NCBI GenBank assembly: GCA_963674825.1
Contig: OY771587.1
Span: 2,240,001 to 2,304,000 of the forward strand
DNA: 64,000 nucleotides
Direction: 5' to 3'
DNA from: Candidatus Cloacimonadales bacterium
GTDB lineage: Bacteria > Cloacimonadota > Cloacimonadia > Cloacimonadales > JAIOQZ01
The position numbers and the translations under genes are program-made. Shown here piece after piece: positions 29,312 to 39,020 of this stretch. Position 1 is the first letter of the stretch. Each line of letters opens with the position of its first letter. The notes under the pieces were generated by a model. The model had not been told where the DNA came from. It did no database searches and saw only the letters and a program-made list of their open reading frames with translations.

Positions 29312-31546
29312 ATGATTAAACGAACGCTGTATCTCGCCATCATGATCGGCAGCTTGATCCTCTCGAGCTGCACATTTGCATATTTTAACGTATTTTACAA
29401 TGCCGAACAGTATTTCAAAGATGCACAGGCAGCCCCGCTTCGCGATAATGGAAAACCAAGCGCGAACGCGGTGCAGGATTATAATAACGCGATCAAGAAA
29501 TGCGGTATTATTCTCACCGATTACAAGGATAGCCGCTGGGCAGACGATGCTCTTTTCATGCTTGCGCAGTGCCTCTATTACAAGGGAAACAGCAACACAC
29601 AGGCGCAGGAAAAGTTCCAGGATGTTATCAATTTTTACCCTGAAAGCCCGTTTGTTGCCGATTCATGGCTCTATATCGCCAGATGTTTGTATCAGCTCAA
29701 CCGCAAGGACGAGGCAATCAAGACGCTGAAGGATTTTATTGAAAAGCCTGAATTCAGTGACAAGCATCCCGACGCACTGCTATTGATTGCCGATTTCTAT
29801 GTGCAGGAACGTCAATACTTGCTTTCCGAACGCTATCTACAGAAGCTTCTGGACGAGTACAAAGATTCCGATCAGTATTCTGAAGCCTTCTTCTTGCTTG
29901 GCAGAATGCACAAGGAACAGGGTGAATACGAACTTTCGAACCAGGTTTACATGGAGCTTCTCGATTCACGGCTGGACCGGCGTATGAAGCTCGATGCGCG
30001 TTATATGATCGCTGAAAACTACATTGATCTTCACGAATACGAGAAAGCGCTCGATATTGCAAACCGTCTGATGAAAGACGAGTATCTCAGCGAAAAAATT
30101 GCTCAAGCACAGCTCTTGCAGGCAAGGGCATTCGCCGGTATCAACCGCCATGACGAAGCTATCGACCTTTTCGAACGCATTATCAAAGACAACGCCAGAA
30201 CCACGCTCGCTGCTGCAGCGTCTTATTATATGGGGGAGATGTATTTCCGCCAGTTGCTCGATTACGACCAGGCTGTGGAAGCTTATAAGCAGGTTTCGAG
30301 GCACAATCGTAATTCCGAGTATTACGAACTGGCCAAGAAGCGCGAGGAGATAGCTAACGAGATCAAGACCTTCATGAATCCGGAACGGGAAGTGGCTATG
30401 AAGGATCGATTCGATGAGCACCTTCGCCTTGCTGAGCATTACCTTTACGTGCTCGAGCTGCCCGATTCATCGCTTGCGGTTTATAACCGACTCGAACACT
30501 TCGAAACCACCATTCAACTTAAGCTGGACACACTTGCCGTGCAGTTCGACAGCCTTTCAACACTCGATGACTCACTGGTGGCAGCGCGGATCGACTCTCT
30601 GAACCTTGTGCGAGACGCGCTAAAAGACGACTCGAACATGCTGATGAGCGAACAGCTTCCGTTCAGTAAGTTTGTCACGGTCTGGATCTATCTGAACATC
30701 AAGAATGATCCTGATGGCGCTCAGCAAGTATTGGACGACATGAAGGCGCGTTTCCCGGATAACAAATACACATACGCAGCCGAAAGGATGATCGCCGGAG
30801 ACGAGATCGAGATCACTACTTTGAGTGAGAAACAGGCCCGGGCCGAATATCAGGCGGCTATACCACTGATGGAGTCGGAACCGGAAATTACCCTCAACCG
30901 CATGCGGGAGATTATCGATCGATACGATAACGCGGTGTCTCGACAGGCGAAATTCACGACCGGATACATCTACTATTTTATTCTGGACGACTCAACTTCT
31001 GCCAGACCATGGTTTGAAGACATTCTGGAGCAGGATGACGAATATTCCGATTACGTGAGAAGCTTCTATCAGGATAGCGTGTTTGTCAGGACAGATAGGC
31101 TTCCCTACCTGATCGAACTGGAGGAGCTTGAACAGCAACGGCTTCAAGCAATGCAGGACAGTCTTCTCGCCGCCGACTCACTCGGAGTTTTGCAGGACAG
31201 CCTTCTTGTGAGTGATCCCGAGCATCAACATCCACGTGGTCCCAAGCCTGACGACAGCGATGTTGATAGCGTTCCAAGAGCGCTCATTCAGGAGATGCCG
31301 TGGTATCCGCCCGATATGAAGGAAGATGGCCCAAGCGGTGCGGTCGTTCTGAATTTACTTGTACTGCCGGATGGCTCGGTGGGTGATATCCGTGTGGAAA
31401 GTTCGCTCATGCCGAGTCCGAATGTGTTCGATGAGATCGCCATTCACGCAGCCGAGAAGTGGATTTTCACACCTGCACGTCGTAATGGCGAGGCTGTGCC
31501 GTATCGTATGACGATTCCGGTGCCATTCGAAAAGCCGAAAGAATAG
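29312..31546 (+). CDS. TPR-repeat lipoprotein with a C-terminal TonB_C domain
   Basis: Lipobox LILSSC then YFNVFYNA; many TPRs; C-terminal P.YP......G.V.L...V..DG.V...FD..A..AA.KW.FTPA.RNG..V. Confidence 0.8.
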   Translation: MIKRTLYLAIMIGSLILSSCTFAYFNVFYNAEQYFKDAQAAPLRDNGKPSANAVQDYNNAIKKCGIILTDYKDSRWADDALFMLAQCLYYKGNSNTQAQEKFQDVINFYPESPFVADSWLYIARCLYQLNRKDEAIKTLKDFIEKPEFSDKHPDALLLIADFYVQERQYLLSERYLQKLLDEYKDSDQYSEAFFLLGRMHKEQGEYELSNQVYMELLDSRLDRRMKLDARYMIAENYIDLHEYEKALDIANRLMKDEYLSEKIAQAQLLQARAFAGINRHDEAIDLFERIIKDNARTTLAAAASYYMGEMYFRQLLDYDQAVEAYKQVSRHNRNSEYYELAKKREEIANEIKTFMNPEREVAMKDRFDEHLRLAEHYLYVLELPDSSLAVYNRLEHFETTIQLKLDTLAVQFDSLSTLDDSLVAARIDSLNLVRDALKDDSNMLMSEQLPFSKFVTVWIYLNIKNDPDGAQQVLDDMKARFPDNKYTYAAERMIAGDEIEITTLSEKQARAEYQAAIPLMESEPEITLNRMREIIDRYDNAVSRQAKFTTGYIYYFILDDSTSARPWFEDILEQDDEYSDYVRSFYQDSVFVRTDRLPYLIELEELEQQRLQAMQDSLLAADSLGVLQDSLLVSDPEHQHPRGPKPDDSDVDSVPRALIQEMPWYPPDMKEDGPSGAVVLNLLVLPDGSVGDIRVESSLMPSPNVFDEIAIHAAEKWIFTPARRNGEAVPYRMTIPVPFEKPKE

Positions 31547-31553
31547 ACCAATC

Positions 31554-32180
31554 ATGTGTAACGGTCAGCTATTCGCGCTGATTGCCTACAGTATTGTCTT
31601 TATTTTCAGCGCGATTGCAGATGCTAATGCACTTTACGTCATCGTTGCACTAAGTGCGATCCATGCTTTCACCGATCCGCGAGCAATCCTGCAGTGGATA
31701 CGGTTCGTGGCGCGGATATCAATCTTTCTGATCGTGCTGGTCGCTGTCGGAATGCTTTTTAACCAACCTTTTCCACAACAAATGCTGCTGATTCTTCGTA
31801 TTATGCTATTCCTGCTTATTTCTGCGATGCTAACCCGTTTGATCACCCTGGATGGATTGTATCGTTCGGTGTCTGGGGTAGCATCCCGCAGGATGCGCGA
31901 TTTCTTCTTTTACCTTTTCTGTACGCTCATGTTCATTCCTATCTTATTCAGCGAGTATGACAATTTGCGAAAACAAGATGGTAAACGGTCATTACAGACA
32001 TATCTGAAACGCCTGGAGAATGTGTTTCATAATGCAATAAATCGTGGCGATGAGGTAGCTAAGCAGGCGCATGAGGCGATGAAATCCGATCAGGAAAGAG
32101 TTCTCCAGCAAAATGGTGCAAAGTTGCTGTTATTGTTCTTCTATAGCGCTGCCGTGGTGATTGTCTCGATGTTTGTGTGA
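31554..32180 (+). CDS. Membrane protein, possibly EcfT/CbiQ-like
   Basis: Several TM helices, then ..FIPIL..EY..L amphipathic region; the canonical ARG motifs are not evident. Confidence 0.45.
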   Translation: MCNGQLFALIAYSIVFIFSAIADANALYVIVALSAIHAFTDPRAILQWIRFVARISIFLIVLVAVGMLFNQPFPQQMLLILRIMLFLLISAMLTRLITLDGLYRSVSGVASRRMRDFFFYLFCTLMFIPILFSEYDNLRKQDGKRSLQTYLKRLENVFHNAINRGDEVAKQAHEAMKSDQERVLQQNGAKLLLLFFYSAAVVIVSMFV

Positions 32181-32251
32181 GGAAATGCGCTCGGTTCAGC
32201 GGTCCCGCCTTGCTGTGTTGTAATGGGATTTGCGGGGACAACTCATCTCAA

Positions 32252-32289
32252 GTTCCCTCGATACGCACTCCGTGCTACTCGGGATGACA
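32252..32289. repeat. Palindromic REP-like element (GTCATCCCGAG...GAGGGA type on the - strand)
   Basis: - strand gtcatcccgagtagcacggagtgcgtatcgagggaac; internal dyad; lies between convergent genes; single copy in the window. Confidence 0.45.
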
Positions 32290-32399
32290 CGTGATTGGTG
32301 GCGAGCAATAGAAGTATTTTCGTAGTAAATTAGGCAAATCCTCTTCCAACAATCAAGGCAGCCCACCCTCCCTCGTTGCGAGCGCATTTCTTCCAGTCG

Positions 32400-33608
32400 C
32401 TAATCGATTTTCAATTCACCGTATTTTCCGTCGTATCCGGGTGGATCAAACCGGAAATGGCCAGCCTGAACGTGACAGATAGCTTGAAGAACATGATCGG
32501 GTATAACGTGAGAAAGCTCTGCTAAGAGGTCATCGGAAGTCCACAGCGCGATTTCAGAGGGATAGACGGACATAATGGCGTCGAAGGTGGAACGGACTTT
32601 CTTCGAGGATGCGTTTTTCACACCGAAAGCAGCAGCGATAACTTCCACCAGGGGTATCAGGTGGAGGAATTTTCGCGGAAGCGGTTTCAGAGATTCGTCT
32701 TGCAGCGACTTACTGCGGTGGAGAACGCCCTGGTGCATGGGCTTTCCGCAGATAGTGCAGCGATAATCTTTCGGTGGATCGCTGTAGAATATGGTGTGGG
32801 TGTCCTTGTCGTGCCCGGTCATGAAGTATCGACCTTCGGCAGGATTAAACTCGGCTGTCAGGTGCACGTTGTTACCACGTAAAGCGTCGATGATACCCCG
32901 GTAATCGAAGGTAGCTGCGTCGAGGATGGTGAATTCCCGACCGATGCGGTTGAGGGCAGCACTATGGCAGTCGCTGTTGGATATCATGGTGAGTCTGTGG
33001 AAATCGGGGATGGTTCCGAGCATGGAAGGGTCAGCGCTGAGCCCGGTCTCGATTACGCGGATATTGGGCGTGAAATCGCCGTAGAACTCGGTAATAGAGC
33101 GGAGGTTGTTTTTACTGCCCATGATGCCGTCGGGTGTCATGACGTGCGCAGGTATGATCTCGATATCAGGATGTACGTCCTGCATTTCGAAGAGGCGGTC
33201 TTGTAGTTGGGCTGGATTCTCTGTGACGATGAATGGCCTGCCGATGGTGTTCTTGTCACCGTGTCGCTGCATGATCCGCTGCATCTTCTGGATGGATGCG
33301 AAATCAGGGAAGAGGATGACGTGATGCGCGACGGTGCGGTTTGTGTAGCCCTCGATCTGCGTGGAGAGGATCACCTCGGTTTGTAATAGGAAGCGTGAGG
33401 AATCGCCCTTCAGCGCGAAGAGTCCCGATTCCTCTTCGCGCAACAGAGCTTGTAATTCTTGCGTACGGACGGGGAGGAGACAGTCGCCGGTACCGAAGAC
33501 ATCGATTCCCTTGAGTTTCATCGTCCGGGAGACGTCTTCGAGGCAAATCTGTCCAACGCCACCCGCATAACCGGAATGCGAGTGGAGATCGACCGCAATT
33601 CTCTTCAT
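32400..33608 (-). CDS. PHP-domain endonuclease Q-like protein
   Basis: DLHSHS, GTGD, PAHVMTP, ETGLSAD, SNSDCHS, GRE, CTICGK....GV..R, PGYDG.YG. Confidence 0.8.
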   Translation of the reverse strand: MKRIAVDLHSHSGYAGGVGQICLEDVSRTMKLKGIDVFGTGDCLLPVRTQELQALLREEESGLFALKGDSSRFLLQTEVILSTQIEGYTNRTVAHHVILFPDFASIQKMQRIMQRHGDKNTIGRPFIVTENPAQLQDRLFEMQDVHPDIEIIPAHVMTPDGIMGSKNNLRSITEFYGDFTPNIRVIETGLSADPSMLGTIPDFHRLTMISNSDCHSAALNRIGREFTILDAATFDYRGIIDALRGNNVHLTAEFNPAEGRYFMTGHDKDTHTIFYSDPPKDYRCTICGKPMHQGVLHRSKSLQDESLKPLPRKFLHLIPLVEVIAAAFGVKNASSKKVRSTFDAIMSVYPSEIALWTSDDLLAELSHVIPDHVLQAICHVQAGHFRFDPPGYDGKYGELKID

Positions 33609-35318
33609 TTATTTCAGTGCTTCGAGTTCCTCACGAACGAAATCGACGAGGCTCTTAATATAGTCAGCGCTGAAGTCAAACCGGATACCGGCTGCTTCGT
33701 AGAGCTCATTAACCGGCTTGGTGTAAAGCAGGCTGAGGAAGTTTTCGTACTGATCGACGGCCTTCTTGGGATCCTGGCGGTAGTTACGGTAGATGGAGAG
33801 CGCGCCAAGCTGCGAGATACCGTACTCGATGTAGTAGAACGGCGTTTCGAAGATGTGCAGCTGACGTTTCCAAAGGTTTTTGCGATTCTCTGTCAGGCCG
33901 CTCCAGTCTGTGCCGGAGTCGAAGCGTTCGCTGAGTTCCAGGAAGAACTTCGCCCGTTCTTCGGGAGTGTGGTCGGGATTGAGATAAATCCAGTGCTGGA
34001 AGGCGTCGACGACCATGCACCACGGCAGGAATGTCAGCGTTCCTTCGAGCTGCTCGCGTTTCGCTTTTTTAAGGTCTTCTTCGTCGCTGTAGAATTCATT
34101 CCAGAAATCCATCGAGATCAGCTCCATGCTCATGGAAGCAAGCTCGGCTACTTCGCTAGGTGTATCGCGGTAGAAGCTGATTGGCGTGTTGTTCATCTTG
34201 GAAGCATGCAGCGCGTGGCCTGCTTCGTGGAGCAGCGTGCTGACGTCGTCCTGAACGCCGACTGAATTCATGAAGATGAAGGATGCTCCCCATTCGCTGA
34301 GCGGATAGTTGTACCCGCCCGGAGCCTTGCCTTTGCGGTTGTCGAGATCGAGGAAACCAGTGTTTCTCATGAGCTCGAGCTGCTTGCCGAACTCAGGTTT
34401 GATCTTGCTGAGGATGCGGATCGATTTCTCGGTCAGCTCTTCAGTGTCCTCGAATGGCTTGAGGATTTTTCCATCGAGATCGACGGAAGTGTCCCATGGG
34501 CGCAGTACGTCGAGACCGAGTTTCGCTTTGCGTTCTTCGTTGAGCTCTTTGCAGAAAGGCACAACGTGTTTTTCTACCGATTCATGGAACTGGTAGAGAT
34601 CTTCGGGTGTGTAGCTGAAGCGGCCTTTCGCGCGATGCGTATAATCTCGATAATTGTCGAAACCGCAATTCTTTGCCATTTGAATACGTAATGCTTTCAT
34701 CGCGTCGAAGAGTTCATCGAATTCCGCGCTTTTCTCGAGGTATTTTCCCTGGACAAGCTGCCATACTTCTTCACGCACTTTGCGGTCGGTCTTCTTCAGG
34801 TAGATCGAAAGCTGGCGCATTGTCTGCTCTTTGCCGTCGTATTCGGCGGTCAGGCTACCGGAGAGTGCGCCGTATTTGTTGGCGATCTCGCGTTCCTGCT
34901 GGCTGAGCGGCGTGTTTTCTTCGCGGAAAAGCTCGATATCGACCGCGATGATCTTGTTCAGAAGGTCGTATTTGTCTTTGTCCAACTCGTGGCGGTAAGG
35001 GCTGTCGTAGAATTTCTTCATAAGCTCGAACGACGGCTTCCTGGTATTGCTGACGATTTCCGAGTAGAAGGTGTTGAAAGCCTCTTCTTTTTCGGGCTGA
35101 TCGGCGTGACAAGACATTGCGATGTAGCGATGGGCCATCTCATCAGCCGTGATGAAGGAAAGTTCGCTGTACTGCTTGAGCAATTCGATCAGATCGTCGG
35201 CTGAATTGATCTCCATGTCGAGAAGGCGCTCAAATTCTGCTACGACTTGTTCTTTGATGGAGGGATCAAACGATTCCGAGTAGAATCTTCTTGGGTATTT
35301 CGTCAATTTGTCTGACAT
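33609..35318 (-). CDS. pepF: M3 family oligoendopeptidase F
   Basis: GKAPGGY, HEAGH, EVAELASMSME, HIFETPFYYIEY. Confidence 0.9.
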   Translation of the reverse strand: MSDKLTKYPRRFYSESFDPSIKEQVVAEFERLLDMEINSADDLIELLKQYSELSFITADEMAHRYIAMSCHADQPEKEEAFNTFYSEIVSNTRKPSFELMKKFYDSPYRHELDKDKYDLLNKIIAVDIELFREENTPLSQQEREIANKYGALSGSLTAEYDGKEQTMRQLSIYLKKTDRKVREEVWQLVQGKYLEKSAEFDELFDAMKALRIQMAKNCGFDNYRDYTHRAKGRFSYTPEDLYQFHESVEKHVVPFCKELNEERKAKLGLDVLRPWDTSVDLDGKILKPFEDTEELTEKSIRILSKIKPEFGKQLELMRNTGFLDLDNRKGKAPGGYNYPLSEWGASFIFMNSVGVQDDVSTLLHEAGHALHASKMNNTPISFYRDTPSEVAELASMSMELISMDFWNEFYSDEEDLKKAKREQLEGTLTFLPWCMVVDAFQHWIYLNPDHTPEERAKFFLELSERFDSGTDWSGLTENRKNLWKRQLHIFETPFYYIEYGISQLGALSIYRNYRQDPKKAVDQYENFLSLLYTKPVNELYEAAGIRFDFSADYIKSLVDFVREELEALK

Positions 35319-37462
35319 GATAACTCCTTATATTTCAATTCTCTTAAAGCAATGACAAGGGAGTTCTCCTGGAACTCCACGGGGTTGATAAAAATCTCGA
35401 TTTCAATAGGCTTACCTGCTTTGGTTTTCGTGCAAGCAGGGAACCATCGTTCAGATGACCCGATCAGGTAGGCGATGAGGCTTTTCCTGATCGCTTCGAT
35501 CATATCGAGTGTCACATACAGGTAGAACGACGACATCATTTCCTGGGCGTGCTTCATGTCGAAGAGCCTCAGACAGGCCTGATTTACTTCCAGAATCTCC
35601 ATTTTATCGAGGCGCTTCTTGACTTCACCAAGATTAGATTCGATCAGTGTATTCGGATCAACGTTTTTTTCGTATATGACTTTTTTGAGCTTGTGTATTG
35701 TCGTCGGATCCTGCACGATCAGCATGGGCAGTGGGTTGTTCTCGAACAGGATTCGGTTCATGATATATTGCTCGTCGAGTCGTTCGCTTGTGTGACGATA
35801 GTCGTTGATATCGATAGCACTGCTGAAGATTCTTTCCATCACTCCCTGCTCATTTTTCTGGACAATCAGATTGCTCGACAACCAGCGATAATCATTGAAC
35901 TTGGTTCGGATGCGGTATGCGAGTGTTGTTGTGGTGAGCTTTTGGTTGTTCTCCTCCGCTTCGAAGAAAAAATTCCGTAGCAGGCTTCGATCCTCAGGAT
36001 GAACAAGCTCCATCATAGATTCATATGTGAGTGAATATAGTTCCTCATAGGTAAATCCATAAAGGCTGATGGCGGTGTCGTTTGCAAACTCGACTTTATT
36101 CTTGATCGCATCAAACGAGAAAATCGAAAGATTCGAAACGTTCATAAGGACATCAAGGATATCACCGTGCTCGAAGCTGAAACCAGTAACAACCTTGATG
36201 TAGTAGGTTATATCGGTAACGATTGCCATAACGCCATTGGGATTACCGCTTAGGTCGCGAATCGTAGTAGGGGAGATCGTCAGCCAGATACGTTCACCGT
36301 TTTTCTTCACGATGGTTATCTCATATTTACGATCTCCCATTTGTGGCCGTTCATCGCGCATTCGGTTGACCTTCTGCATCATGGACGGCTCGAAGAAATC
36401 CCATATCTTACTGCCGAGATAGTCCTCTTCCGAGTACCCGGTCATTTCGCACAGCTTACGGTTTACGAGAGTAAAACGTTCATCGCGATCGATGATCACC
36501 ATGCCTTCATTCATGTTGTCCATAAGAGCACGGTAATTATGCATGGTTTCGTGAAGTTGCCGGCGGGAAGAGTCTCTGTCGATGAAGCTGGCGATCCAGT
36601 TTGTGAAAACGAGTAACGTATCCAGCGTGAGGGTTCCGACAGCCTTCATTTCAATCTGAATGGCAATGATTCCTATGGGACGCTCTTCGCTAAGCATGGG
36701 GATGAGGTGATTCGCAGGCACATCGGAGTGTTGCCATGGAAAGAAATGCTGCTCGCCTTCATCAGATTTCAGCTCGCCAGGTATTGCACGCCTGGAGATT
36801 GTCGGCGGAAACTGATTCTGCGCTTCGGTTCGTTGGCAAGAGGATAGAAGACGGAGCTTTTGCGAATCTGTAAAAGTGTAAACCGCACAGTTGAGGATCC
36901 CTTTTATCCGGCAGATCGCTTCCAGGATTTCGTTGAGAGATTCTTGGGTGTTGCTCACTTTCTGCAAGGCATTCAGAATCTCATACTGTACTTGCAGGAT
37001 GTCCTCTGCACGGTCGTAATTCTCCTTGTAGCTGTTGCCATTATCTTCTTCCTTATGAAGGAACCTGACGGATCTTAAATCCGGCTTGGGTTCTGGTTCC
37101 TTTTCCGGATTTATCGCTTTTCCAAAGTCAAAAAATATAAGCAGGCCATAGTCTCTTTTTTCGATCCAAACACAGGATACAATGAGATTTCTCCCTTCTG
37201 TAGTATTTCCCTGAGGTGAATAATGGATGGAGAAGTTACCAGGCCGATTCTCGTTTAACCTTGGAATAATCTGAGTTCCGAGAACATTATCGAGCTCTTT
37301 ACCGACAGTTGTGATCCTGTTTTGTTTGAAAAAGCGATTGAAAGCGTCGTTCGTGAAGACGATTCTACCATAAGGCTGATGGATCATCACTGTTGGCTCG
37401 ATAATCTCCTGCATCACCTTGCGGTAATGAGCGAGCTTTTCTTCCCGGTGTGGACTATCCAT
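35303..37462 (-). CDS. Multi-PAS (+GAF-like) sensor protein with no recognisable output domain
   Basis: PAS motifs (VNRKLCEMTGYSEE..G, VHPEDR, KKNGERIW, FENNPLPM, VNQAC..LF); no HisKA, GGDEF or HD motif before the stop. Confidence 0.75.
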   Translation of the reverse strand: MDSPHREEKLAHYRKVMQEIIEPTVMIHQPYGRIVFTNDAFNRFFKQNRITTVGKELDNVLGTQIIPRLNENRPGNFSIHYSPQGNTTEGRNLIVSCVWIEKRDYGLLIFFDFGKAINPEKEPEPKPDLRSVRFLHKEEDNGNSYKENYDRAEDILQVQYEILNALQKVSNTQESLNEILEAICRIKGILNCAVYTFTDSQKLRLLSSCQRTEAQNQFPPTISRRAIPGELKSDEGEQHFFPWQHSDVPANHLIPMLSEERPIGIIAIQIEMKAVGTLTLDTLLVFTNWIASFIDRDSSRRQLHETMHNYRALMDNMNEGMVIIDRDERFTLVNRKLCEMTGYSEEDYLGSKIWDFFEPSMMQKVNRMRDERPQMGDRKYEITIVKKNGERIWLTISPTTIRDLSGNPNGVMAIVTDITYYIKVVTGFSFEHGDILDVLMNVSNLSIFSFDAIKNKVEFANDTAISLYGFTYEELYSLTYESMMELVHPEDRSLLRNFFFEAEENNQKLTTTTLAYRIRTKFNDYRWLSSNLIVQKNEQGVMERIFSSAIDINDYRHTSERLDEQYIMNRILFENNPLPMLIVQDPTTIHKLKKVIYEKNVDPNTLIESNLGEVKKRLDKMEILEVNQACLRLFDMKHAQEMMSSFYLYVTLDMIEAIRKSLIAYLIGSSERWFPACTKTKAGKPIEIEIFINPVEFQENSLVIALRELKYKELSCQTN

Positions 37463-38408
37463 CTGCTTCCTCGCCTGTGGCGTTGAGAACCGTACTGATA
37501 GAGACATCGCTGGCCCCGGATCTCTTTCGGAAGAGGTTTACAAGCAGCTCGCCGATAAGACCAATCGAAAGGAACTGCATTCCGATCATGATCATGAGCA
37601 GGCCGAGTAGCAGAAGCGGACGATTGGAAAGTGGGTGTCCGAAACCAAGCTTGAGGACGGTGAGATAAGCTTCGATCACGAATCCAATTGCCATCATGAC
37701 GGTTCCCCATCCTCCAAAAAGGTAAAGCGGACTGCGATTGTAGCCAGTGATGAGCCTAACAGTGAGTAAATCGAGGAATCCGCGCATGTAGCGCTCGAAT
37801 CCGTACTTGGTTTTGCCAAATTCTCGCGGTCTGTGATCAACCGGGATTTCGGTTACACGAAAGCCTTTGGAATCAGCCAAAACCGGGATATAACGATGCA
37901 ATTCGCCATAGACGTCGATCTCTTCGGTAATCTCTCTACGATAGGCCTTAAAGCCGCAATTGTAGTCGTGCAGGCGTAGGCCGAATACCCATGAGGTAAC
38001 GTTATTGAAGAAACGTGACAGAATCTTTTTCTCAAGCGGATCGTGACGCTTCTTCTTCCATCCGGAAACCAGATCGAACCCTTCATCGAGTTTTTCGAGG
38101 AATTTCCCGATCTCGGCGGGATTATCCTGCAAATCTGCGTCGAGTGTAAAGACGATTTCGCCCGTAGCATAGTGGAACCCCTGCTTCAGCGCGGCTGATT
38201 TACCGAAGTTCCGTCGGAAGCGGATGACCGTTACGCGTTGGTCTTCCTTGGCGAGCTCTTGCATCTTCGCGAAGCTGCTGTCTGTGCTGCCATCGTCGAT
38301 GAAAACGAACTGCTTCTCATAACCTTCGGTGTACTGGTTTATTTCGTCGTATAGACGTCGGATGGTGTCTTCTTCGTTGCAGACAGGTATCACAAATGAT
38401 AGCTTCAT
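37455..38408 (-). CDS. GT2 polyprenol-phosphate glycosyltransferase (DPM1/GtrB/ArnC-like)
   Basis: VIPV.NE, DDGSTD, RNFGKSAA, DADLQD, D.NCGFKAY, two C-terminal TM helices. Confidence 0.9.
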   Translation of the reverse strand: MKLSFVIPVCNEEDTIRRLYDEINQYTEGYEKQFVFIDDGSTDSSFAKMQELAKEDQRVTVIRFRRNFGKSAALKQGFHYATGEIVFTLDADLQDNPAEIGKFLEKLDEGFDLVSGWKKKRHDPLEKKILSRFFNNVTSWVFGLRLHDYNCGFKAYRREITEEIDVYGELHRYIPVLADSKGFRVTEIPVDHRPREFGKTKYGFERYMRGFLDLLTVRLITGYNRSPLYLFGGWGTVMMAIGFVIEAYLTVLKLGFGHPLSNRPLLLLGLLMIMIGMQFLSIGLIGELLVNLFRKRSGASDVSISTVLNATGEEADG

Positions 38409-38411
38409 ACC

Positions 38412-39014
38412 TTACCCCGGGATGAAAATATTGGTTATCGCCATGATAATCGCGGCGAAGACCGGAATCTTGATGTTATCGTCAACCTGGATACGGGATG
38501 CTTCAGCGATGGTTGTCGCCAGCGCTCCGGTAAAGCACAGCGCGGGATGTATCCCGAATGCCAGCCCGAACGCGAAGCTGCTGGTGAAGCACGCGAGGCT
38601 CCCTTCCAGGCTCTTGCTGGTTCCTCTGATTTTGCGCTTTCCCATCAGAATTCCAATGATAGCCGCGAACGTATCGCCTACAGCTAAGGACGAGAGCGCG
38701 AAGAAAGCGATCATGTCGCCCGGAAAGAATGCAAAGCAAACCAGCGAGGAGACCATCAGGTAGGTTGCGCCGGTGAAATTGTTCACCTCGTGTTTACGCA
38801 ACAGGATTCCGAACAGGTGGTAGAATATCCGGCGGAATGTCTTGTTCTCCAGCCGGATGATTTCGATAGCCATTGCAATGATGGTCAATGGCAAGAGGAT
38901 CAGAAACATCAGCTTCCGATCCTCGTGTAAAATATAGAGATATGACAACGGAATCACGAGCGAGGAGATGTGGATCGTCTTGCGAAAAGCCTCTTTCAGC
39001 TTACGTGATTCCAT
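38412..39014 (-). CDS. CTP-dependent isoprenol/diacylglycerol kinase (dolichol/phytol kinase-like)
   Basis: RKTIH, GD..AA..G...GK......KSLEGS, DDN..IP motifs; multi-TM. Confidence 0.8.
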   Translation of the reverse strand: MESRKLKEAFRKTIHISSLVIPLSYLYILHEDRKLMFLILLPLTIIAMAIEIIRLENKTFRRIFYHLFGILLRKHEVNNFTGATYLMVSSLVCFAFFPGDMIAFFALSSLAVGDTFAAIIGILMGKRKIRGTSKSLEGSLACFTSSFAFGLAFGIHPALCFTGALATTIAEASRIQVDDNIKIPVFAAIIMAITNIFIPG

Positions 39015-39020
39015 GGCTCA

